Assembly: GCA_964252035.1 (NCBI GenBank)
Contig: OZ176206.1
DNA from: Podarcis erhardii
Lineage: Eukaryota
Direction: 5' to 3' (one strand)
DNA length: 64,000 nucleotides
Of this stretch, positions 54,902 to 64,000 are shown piece after piece. Position 1 is the stretch's first letter. Each line of letters opens with the position of its first letter. A model generated the notes under the pieces. The model worked only from the letters and a program-made list of their open reading frames with translations, had not been told where the DNA came from and did not search any database. A program made the translations under genes and the position numbers.

Positions 54902-55070
54902 TATGTAAGAACATAAGTAAAGCCCACTGGATCAGTTCAATGGCCCATCTAGTCCAGCATCATGTTCTTACAGTGGCCAACCAGATAGCTAGTCCACAAG
55001 CAGGACCTAGGTGCAATAGTACTCTGCCCACCTGCAATTCTCAGCAACTGGTATACAGAGGCACCCCTTC
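54902..55070 (-). mobile_element. CR1-family 3'-end fragment inside the NFAT5 3' region
   Basis: TAAGAACATAAG...CCCATCTAGTCCAGCATCATGTTCTTACAGTGGCCAACCAGAT. Confidence 0.75.
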
Positions 55071-57135
55071 AAGTCCCAAGGGGAAGCTGCCAAATCCCCC
55101 TCCCCCCATGTGAGTTTAAATTTAAGACTTCAAACCTGCACCAATTAGAAAAGGGGTGGAGGAGCAGAAACCAGCATGCCCAAAAATATTCTCTCACCCC
55201 TCCTCTACAAACCAAGGAGGTATCAGCCAGCTTGGTCATTCCAGCCCCACTACAATGGACCTTCTGGTCTCCAAAAAACCTATTTCAGATTTGTACAGGT
55301 GGCAGCATATTTCACACAAGAGGAAAGAGACAGAAAAGGGATTAAGAGGAACAAAATGCAGCTTATGGCCTATCAAGGCAGGACTCAAGAGGGGGTCTAT
55401 TGCTCAGCATAGCAAACTGGCCCCTTGTGAAAGGGGAGATGGGCAGAGCACCAGAGGCTCAGAGAAGTCCCTGTTTGAGCAGCCAATCTTCCAGCCTCCC
55501 AGGAAGCTGTAGTCACATTCTTGGATATCACCCACTCCCCACCCCTCGTGGCTTTAGGAGACTCTCTGCCAGTATATGCCACCTTCCTAGGTGCTAATTC
55601 ACAGCTTTCTCCATACTGCTATGAAGCTGACAGCAGCTTCCGTTTAACAAAGAGTCACTAATTCACACTGGTATGTTCAACACTTGGTAACTGCACCATT
55701 AAGCAATGACTGGCATGAGTGAAATGCACAATTGAGGACTGAACACTTGAATCACCTTCACCTCCCCCAAGCAACATTTTCCACTGGAAACCATTTACAC
55801 CTGCAAATCAAGTGATTGAGTCTTCAAGTGATGAGCACAAATGTGTGAATCAACCATCTGTATATCCCAGTTATTTTAGAACACATATTCCTGTGTGCTT
55901 TGCAGCCTGTTCCAAGAGCTGTGAAGAGGAGCTGAAAGAGAGGAGCAGACACAGTCTCAGGTTCTTTCAGTGCCAAGCTGCAATGATAAATGAGCAGCTG
56001 CACTCTGCATCCCCACAGGTGGACTAGAGATGGGGGCAACTGTCCAAAGTAGAGCCTCTTTCGCCTCTTCCAGCTTCAAGAAGTCTCTCTCTGATGCTCT
56101 CACTCAGCAGCTGTTTCTCATCAGGCTTAGCAAGGGTACTCTTCCAAAGTGATGGTGAAGGCTACATTTCCCCTTGGGTCCAAGGCCGCACTTTGACACA
56201 GGAAATTTAACTCCAAACATCCTAAATTCCAGAGTCACAAGAACGAAAGTCTTGCAAATCTGCTTGTCCATTACAGGATTTCTGAAGTTACAAGCTAAAA
56301 GAACACACAAAGACAAAAGTTAAGCGTAGTAAGAGCCTCATTCTTTCCCCCTAAAGCACTCTAATTAAACACCATCCAACAGCTGGTTATTTCCCTCTAT
56401 GCTGAAGTTACCAATGATGGCTTCTTTGAATGTAATATTACTGCCACCCATCAGTGAAATCTGATTGGGACTTGAAGAGGGGATGTATACTATGGAGTTG
56501 GAGTGTGAGAGAGCCCCTCCTAGCATCATGGCTTGGGGAGGGCCATGTGCTGCTGAGCTCTCTCTTGTAACTGCACCAGCAGCACAGAACTTGGTAGGAT
56601 TTAACATCCTAAAATAATAAGATTTAATGCTTTTGTAAAGCAAGCTCCTAGAGTGCTAATACCTGAAAGCATTGTTGCAGACAAGTGGATGACACTTTTA
56701 TGTCTCAAGAGGCAGAGCAAGGATTCCAATCACTGCCAGTAGAAAAAGGATGATGTAAAAGCCCCTGTTTCCTTTGTATAATTTATTCAGGCCAGAAAAA
56801 TAAGGCTTTATTTCGGTGTGGAGTAAACACAGCTGACCATGCTGCCTTGGAACTGCATATTTCAGCCTTGAGCTGAAGTCAAGGCAAACGACCCCATATC
56901 CACCCTGGGATTTCTGAGCCATGGTAATCAAGTTCAGTGAGGCCACTGCAAGTGTCCTAAGGGCCAGGAGAATGAGGGCCGTGAAGCTCTATTTACTCTC
57001 AAGACAGGCACTAATTCTATTATCATTCTGGGGAAGCAGCAGAAAAGATGGACTTTTATCAGCTGCAAGAAATAAGAAGAGAACATGCTGGCTTGGCTAC
57101 AGTCTTTGACTCCCATCTCCAACTCACCTGGACAG

Positions 57136-57368
57136 TTAGAAGGAGCCAGCCATGTTGTTGTTCCCCTGGTTTTGTAGAGACACTAGCAGGTCATCAATCT
57201 TCTTCATATTCTGATTGGTGGTCATAGCAGAAGGCAGCTGGGGGCTTTCAGTCATCTGCTGGGATAGTAGAGTTGTGACTGATGACTGTGCTTCACCCTG
57301 TGGCTGGCTTATTGTGATCATCTGATCTGACATTGAAGTGGGTCCAGATGTTAAGAGCTGGCCACAGT
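57136..57368 (-). CDS. NFAT5: NFAT5 last coding exon
   Basis: (N)CGQLLTSGP...[21 protein letters not shown]; TAA at 57136-57138; the exon continues to the donor at 57128. Confidence 0.95.
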
Positions 57369-58212
57369 CTGTTGAGAAAGACAAGATTCATTCAGAGCAC
57401 CATGCAAATTTATTGAGCAGTGAAAGGAAGCCTATTGCATTTCACATTGTACTGGCCTCATAAACATCTAGAGTGTCCCCACAGAGCATTTTCCCCTAAG
57501 GCATTTAGGATCAGGGTGCTGGTATCCCAAGAAAGAAGTCAGACACCGACAGATGCACAAAGCATCTCATACGAAGTTAACAGGCCCTTTGGCTCATTCT
57601 TCTTTGTCTATATATAAAATCTACTGCATAGCTAGAGAGCTTTCCCCCACATTATGTGCTGTGCTATGCTCTGAAAGCATGCAGATAGGTTTACAGCAGC
57701 TCTGCCACAGTTACAGAATCTCTACTTCTGGGAAAATGCTACATAAATGCCACTGAGTGAACAAATTGAATTTGGATGCTTTTGTACACATTTATACACT
57801 TAGAATGGGCTGATCACTGACTTTTATACTGGCTGGGCCTGATGGGGGGAGTTGGAGTCCAACTCCATCTGGAGGACCACAAGTTCCTCATCCTTGCTTT
57901 AGACTGCAAGCAGTCTATGTCAAAATTGCTGTTAACACTGTAGTGTGTTCCCAGATTATATGGGTTTTACAAAGAAAGTCATAATTCAACACAATTTTAG
58001 ATAGTTTTTCACAGCTGCACAGATGTGGCCTCCAACACAAGCTTCACAAAGGGAAGAAAGCACTAAAATTTAGCCAGTGACAATTCTGGATATTCTGTAC
58101 TTACTATCTTGGATGCCAAACAGGAATATTCCAGAGGTCTGCCGAGATGAAGCGGAGGAGTTCTGCAGCTGGTTCATGGAACCACTTCCAGGTGTGTTAT
58201 GGAACAAAGCAG

Positions 58213-58247
<35 letters not shown>

Positions 58248-61200
58248 GGGGGTGAAGAAGCTCCCTGGATGCCAGCCATATTGTTTGGGGAAGAGTAGAG
58301 GGGGGGCTGCTGCAACTCTTGCTGGTTCATGCTGTTTTGCAAGGCAGACATGGAAGTCGATGATATGAAGAGGGTGACAGGTTGCTCCTGAGAGCTGGAG
58401 GATCCTTGAACTAGCTGGATCTGGGGTGAGTTGTGGAATAAGGCAGGCTGCTGCTGTGACTCAGCTTGATTAGACCCTGGGCTCTGGTTCTGAAACTGCA
58501 TGGGTTGCTGATCCTGATTCATTGGTGCCATGCTGCTTTGTGGGTGGAAGAGAGACTGGCTTTGTTGTTGTTGTTGTTGTTGCTGCTGCTGCTGCTCCTG
58601 GCTGGCCATTGGGTTAGGGTTTGGGTTGTACATCATGTTCTGCTTCTGAGATGTCATAGGACCCATGGAATTCTGATTGCTGAACCTCAAATTCTGCTGC
58701 TGCTGCTCTTGGGAGGGTGTGCTGTTCTGAAGAGCCACCATAGAATGCTGTGGTTGGAACATGGCTCCTTGCTGGTTTTGGGGCACCTGTGATTGGAACA
58801 TGCTCTGCTGCTGTTGCTGGGACTGCTCTTGGGCAAGCATAGGGCTCTGGAGGTGTGAGAGCTGAGCCTGCTGCTGCTGGAATGTCGACTGCTGCTCAGC
58901 ATTGGCAGATGTCTGCAGTGGAGAAATGGAATTCTGTGTGGCAAAGAAGGGCATCTGTTCCTCCTGTGCAACTGAGCTCTGGGGAAGGAATAGGTTGCTT
59001 GCCTGCTGGTCCTGAACCACACCCATGGGACTCTGGGAGTGGAACATTGGAGGCTGCAGCTGCTCTGAGGAAGAGGCAGAGCTCTGGCTGTGGAAGAGAG
59101 CACTTTGGGTCTCCTGCGAGATGTTCTGAGCATCCCCAATAGGGCTCTGTGAGTGAAAAAGCTGAGCCTGTGAATGGGGAGCCTGCTGCAAGAAGCTTCC
59201 AGACTGGAGAGACATCAACTCCCCACTCTGCTGAAAGAGGCTCCCGGTTTGCTGCTGTTGCTGCTGTGTTCCATTGTCCTGAACAGCCATCATGCTTTCT
59301 GAGGAGGAGAAGAGGCTGACCTGCGCCTGGTTCTCCCCGCTGTGCTGCATTTGAACCATAGCTTGAAATACATTGTTCTGCATCTGTTTGGTCTGACCTG
59401 GAGCTTCTTCACCTTCGGCAGAGCCAGAAGACTGAAACATGGAAGGGCCATTGGCAGGCACCACTTGCTGCTGCTGTTGCTGCTGCTGCGATGGAGTACC
59501 AGCTTCATTACCAGAAACACTGGTGGGTGAGAATAGCTCACACTGCATCTGTATGTCTTCATTTGTTGTCAGTGCACCCATCAGGTGAGAAGTTTGTTGG
59601 TACACTGGGGACTGCTGGATGTTTCTATTTCCCGAAGAGGAGGTTGAGAACATGTCAGACTGCATCTGACTTGCTGCCTGGCAGAGGCCTTGCTGAATCT
59701 CAATCACCATAGCTGCAGAAGTCTCCATTGCTTGCTGTTGCTGCTGCTGCTGTTGCTGCTGCTGGCTGGACAAAGAATTTTCAGGTTGTGGATGGACATT
59801 CTCACTTCTCCCAGAGAGAAGGTCCTCAGCCCTTGAATGGACAGTGTCAGAGGAGGAAAACATCCCTTGGCTGACTCCATTTTGGATCTGGCTAACCTGC
59901 TGAAAAATCTCTACATTGATTTGCTCTTGAACATCCTCATTGTCAGATCCAGAGAACAAGACAGAGGACAGCTGCTGCTGGGCTTCCAGGACCTGCTGGA
60001 CCAAATCTACACTTCCATGGTTGCTGCTGGCAGTGCTAGACTGAAAGTTCCCTGCTTGCAGTTGTTGAATTGTGTTCTGCAGCTGACTCACACTGCTGGC
60101 AGATGAGAAAAGGTTTGACGACATCTGCTGCTGCAACACTTGTGCCGATTCCTGGAGTGGTGACTGCTGCTGGGACACCTCTGTCAACTGAGACAAAGTC
60201 ATGACTGCACTGTCTGGCTGCAACACCTCTCTCGGCTGGGACTCCCTGGTGGGGAACTGGGATGCCTGCTGCAACAAGGTGTCACTGTTTTGCAGCTGAT
60301 TGGGACCAGAACCTGCAGGGAAGCTGCCAGGCTGGGCAAGGTCCTGTGCCTGGAGGGAGGGCATTGCCTCTGGAGTATATACCTTTGGCTGCAGCTGCTG
60401 ATTTTCACTCTCTGGTGCTAAGTGAGAAGCAGAAGAGGAGAAAGTGCCATTGCCCAATATACTGGACATGTTGGTTTCCAATGTGGCTTGGGGTGGTCCA
60501 ACTACACTTGTTGCCTGAGGGGGAAAGCACACAGTAATAAGACAGAACAATCATAAGCTTGCATGGTGCCTCAATGAAACAACACTCTGAAAACTGTTTA
60601 ACATTTAAACCACACCAACTGCAACATTGGATCCCTATCCCATTAAGGCATGTTGAATTTTTCAACTTACAAATTCCAAAAATTCTTAAAAGTTGTAAAA
60701 TGACTTGGAAATTCAAAAGATATTTTGATTAAATTAATATGATTTAGTTTTACTTGGCAACTAACTACATAAAATATTGACCTTTTGTTTTTGTACAACT
60801 TCGAATAATTTTTAGCTTCTTATAAAAAATATGTAAAAATGTGTGTAAAATTGAATATCATAAAAAATGATTGCCAAGTACTTGCAGTTATATATGACCC
60901 CGCATAATGGACAATTAAAAAAGCACAAGCAGCAAGAAGGCGGCTTACTAAATATAAGCAGAGAAGTAAGCAGGATGCTTCAATACCATAAAATGAAATA
61001 ATTTTTTTGGCTGATAGAAATGAATAATAGCCAAGGTGGAAATGATGGAAGTTATGAACTGGCAATAGAAAAATCAAGTACACCTTCCACTTTGAATAAA
61101 AAGACAGAGTACAACATATTAGAAATAAATAATTTTGCTATGCAGGGCATTAGATATGCTGTTGATCAGCCCACCACAGCTCACCACAGATTTGTAGTTG

Positions 61201-63887
61201 ATCACAATAAAATCAAGAGAGCCCAAGAAAAAGATATCAAATCCCTGAATCAGGAATGTGATTATCTTTGTCAGAAGGGTGAAACTGACTGGTTCAACAT
61301 CAAAGTAAAGCACTCAATGGAAGACCCACACCACATCTTGTTTCAGCTGCAACAAGTTAGGTTGCAAAAGAAGGCTGTGGTGGATGCTGTTTTACCAACC
61401 ATTCAGCACTCAGCATGGTATGCATTAGCAAAATGATAATCCAGACACTCTTGGGCTCAGAGAGCAGTGGGAAGAGGAAAGCTCGTGTCTGAAAGATCAT
61501 TAACTTGAGGGGTAGAGTTGATCTTTTAATAAAAGTTTTGTCAAATAAAAGTTTTGCAGAACCCCCCCCCCCCCCATCACCAGCTCTCTATGCCACCACT
61601 TACCTTAAAGACTGGAGGAGCCCTTTTTTCAGCTGTAAGTGCCATGGGAGCAGCCTCTTCACTCTTGATCACACTGTTTGGCCTGAGTGGCGTTATCAAG
61701 GCACTGGGAAGAATATTTACCTTGTCCAGGTTACAGCCACTGGTGTTCACTGCAGCAGAGAACAAACAATCTTACTGGTGTCCTGAAGGATAGCCACAGG
61801 GGCTGAGAATAAGAGGACTAATTGCTAGGGCTACCACTCCACTCTCCAGAAATTAGGTTGTAAACAGCAACAAGCATCTGAATACATAGCACTGCCACAG
61901 AGAGGGTAATACATCTGGTAAAATAAGTCCCTATATGACAAGGACTATACTAGTATGCTACAACAAATACAAGGCCATGTGGCAACTCACATTTGACAAA
62001 GTGATCTCAAGCCCATTATTCCACAGTAAGTGTGTTCATCTTTAAGATGCTACAAGATTGTTTTGTGAGTAATTTGATGGAAAGAGTAATCTTGATGCTT
62101 TCAGCTCTCCTTACCAAACAGGGATCTAGGAAGTTGCCTTATACAGAGTGAGACCATTAGTCCATCTACAGTACTTTAGCTTTACTAATGGTTTTCCAGG
62201 GTTTCAGACAGTAAACTTTCCAAGCGCTACCTAGAGGTGACAAGGATTGAAACTGGGACCTTCTGTATACAAATCAGATGGTCTACCACTGAGCGACAGC
62301 TCATCTTCTGAAGAGCCATAAAGTTGTTATTACAGGAAAAATCACCCTGATCTCTGATGTCCATCCATTTGCAAGCCACCAAGTTTCCCCATTCTGTTCT
62401 TTCAAATTGCATCAGCTTTTGCCAGAACACATCAAATGTTCAACTTCTTGCTTATATTAAGGGTTTTAAGTAAAGGTGAAAGTAGTAAAATAAGGGCATG
62501 AAGGAAATAGCAGTAATTAGCAAATGTCTTTTATCAGCTTAAGAATAGTTTTCTATGGAAATAATCCAACAAACAACTTGTACAAGCCTGCAAGTGATGA
62601 CCACCAGTTGTTTGAGCCAAATGGCATCAGCATTTCACTGTGACTGATGAAGCATATGTAATTAACTGCAAGAATTCCAGGCTGATACAATGAAAGGAGA
62701 AGGGATGAATTGGGATCAAAAACATAATCCTGCACACATAAAAGTGGGTGAAATATTTGACTCAAAGCATAATGAAGAACAAACTAAGTACAACACTGCC
62801 ACATTTATCATCACACACTTCATGTAGGCCAAGTCACACAATTATACTGGTCAATACATAAATTAGTTCTGGAGAAAGAACGAATATGCCCTACACATAC
62901 AACAAGCCGAATGGAAACACTCAAATGCAAAATTGAAGCCAAGATTGGAGAAGTGTCATAAATTCAATGGTAGCTGCTCTGCATGCAGAAGGTCCCAGGT
63001 CTAATCCCCACCATCTCTAGGTAGGACTGGGAAAGAATCCCGTCTGTGACTCTGAAGAACTGCTGCCAATCAATGTAGAAACTGCTGAGCTAAATCGACA
63101 AATAATCAGTGAATGTATGAGAACATCTCCTGTTCCTAGTGAGTTGGAAACATTCCAGAACAGCTATGCTGAATCTTTTCCAGCTGCAGCCCTGGAAGCC
63201 TGACAAACTCATGACCTTACTATTTATGCTGCTTTGCTTCAAAAACACATGCTCTTGAGCAGCTTCTGAAACTTAATTAGCTTCAGCAAACAATTCACTT
63301 AGTAAGAGCACACAAACCAACAGGGCCTGCCACTATAGTACACACAGAGTAGTAAAGACAACTGCAAAGCAAGTACTATGAATAATTTATTCTCTATTTT
63401 TATTTGAGTGGTGAGCTTTGCACTAGCAATACAACTCTTATGTCAACATTTTCATGAAACAGTTTAGCAAGTTATCTGCACTAACTTCATGTTTAGTCAG
63501 GACTTTTAACCACTTGTGGAATTAATATGTATTAGAAACAGCAACACTAGAGTAATTGCAAGATTAAAGCCCCAGCATATACCACTGTCTCTGCGTCCAG
63601 GAGTCTTAGGTTGCAATCATATGCACACTTACTTAAGAGTAAGCCCCACTGAGCTCAAAGCGATTTACTTCTGAGGTGACATGCAAAGGACTACACTCTT
63701 AATTAGTGATCACAATAAAGCTCTTACGAAAATCTCTCTGAAAGGTCTGCAGAAAATTGGTGTAAGTTAGAACTCAAAGAGATTAATACCACTGCTAAGA
63801 ATTAGATACCTTTGATAGCATCATCAAAAGAGCAAGGCTGGGTTGGACTGGGTATTTCCTGTTTCACGTTCACATTCAGAGTACCAG
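57136..63887 (-). CDS. NFAT5: NFAT5/TonEBP; span of the last four coding exons, 5'-partial
   Basis: Four GT-AG exons in frame, a Q-rich transactivation region, and the C-terminus [17 protein letters not shown]. The Rel-homology domain lies beyond the window. Confidence 0.96.
58105..60514 (-). CDS. NFAT5: NFAT5 large Q-rich exon (2410 nt)
   Basis: [18 protein letters not shown]...[10 protein letters not shown]; cctcAG acceptor and GTAAGT donor; several polyQ runs. Confidence 0.96.
61604..61749 (-). CDS. NFAT5: NFAT5 internal exon
   Basis: [48 protein letters not shown], 146 nt. Confidence 0.94.
62126..62302 (-). mobile_element. tRNA-derived SINE (Squam3-like)
   Basis: Minus strand GCTCAGTGGTAGACC...AAGGTCCCAGTTTCAATCC...TATAAGGCAACTTCCTAG. 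Confidence 0.75.
62961..63139 (+). mobile_element. tRNA-derived SINE (Squam3-like)
   Basis: TGCATGCAGAAGGTCCCAGGTCTAATCCC...CTGGGAAAGAATCC...TGTTCCTAG. Confidence 0.75.
63607..63702. mobile_element. palindromic MITE-like element
   Basis: TGCAATCATATGCACACTTACTTAAGAGTAAG ... TTACTTCTGAGGTGACATGCAAAGGACTACA, imperfect inverted arms. Confidence 0.55.
63810..63887 (-). CDS. NFAT5: NFAT5 internal exon
   Basis: [25 protein letters not shown], 78 nt; resembles human [23 protein letters not shown]; read by hand. Confidence 0.93.
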
Positions 63888-64000
63888 CTGCAAATGCAAA
63901 AGACACTGCTGACTTTCAGAACAGATGTAAAGCAAAGTGTTCCCCCGTAAGGTGAAAGGTACATTTTAAAAGTTTATCTCTATTTTCATGTGCGCAGTGG

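Larger units (their letters stand above)
51490..57135 (-). other. NFAT5: NFAT5 3' non-coding region (short 3'UTR intron plus long terminal exon)
   Basis: Lies between the stop codon and the AATAAA at 51505; U-rich on the - strand. Donor at 57126-57127; the acceptor is not securely located (candidate 56663-56664). Confidence 0.6.

Noticed and set aside
58077-59142. + strand ORFs with poly-C, poly-A or poly-L runs
   Set aside because: Antisense readings of the NFAT5 CAG/CAA tracts
61020-61436. 138-aa + strand ORF with an ATG start in an NFAT5 intron
   Set aside because: No recognisable homology or splice context; treated as a chance ORF, although its AT-rich setting makes a BLAST worthwhile

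Overview
Vertebrate genomic DNA, most likely a squamate reptile (judged from CR1 LINEs with ATTCTATG/TTCTTATG-type tails, tRNA-derived SINEs and palindromic MITEs). It carries the conserved NFAT5-NQO1-NOB1-WWP2 block. WWP2 is on the - strand: 21 coding exons from the start codon at 32812 down to 354, with the last two exons outside the window, and miR-140 in intron 16. NOB1 (+, 9 exons, 423 aa) is head-to-head with WWP2. NQO1 (+, 6 exons, 275 aa) has a TATA box and a perfect ARE. The 3' part of NFAT5 (-, 4 coding exons plus a ~5.6 kb 3' region) converges on NQO1. I traced every exon by hand through its splice sites and the reading frame is continuous. There is a 129-N assembly gap at 54094-54222. 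I found no convincing new gene system. The best leads are regulatory or point-level: miR-140-3p seed sites in the neighbouring NFAT5 3'UTR; sequence support for the WWP2-N and WWP2-C isoforms with paired SOX-type sites; a compact WWP2/NOB1 bidirectional promoter (CLEAR pair plus ZNF143-type array); an NQO2-like Asn at NQO1 position 161; Gly-to-Arg changes in WW3 and WW4; a GC-AG intron in NOB1; a young CR1 nested in a MITE with an 11-bp TSD; and a 390-codon Kozak-initiated antisense ORF. Motif calls are unverified predictions, and human comparisons come from my memory of the orthologues.
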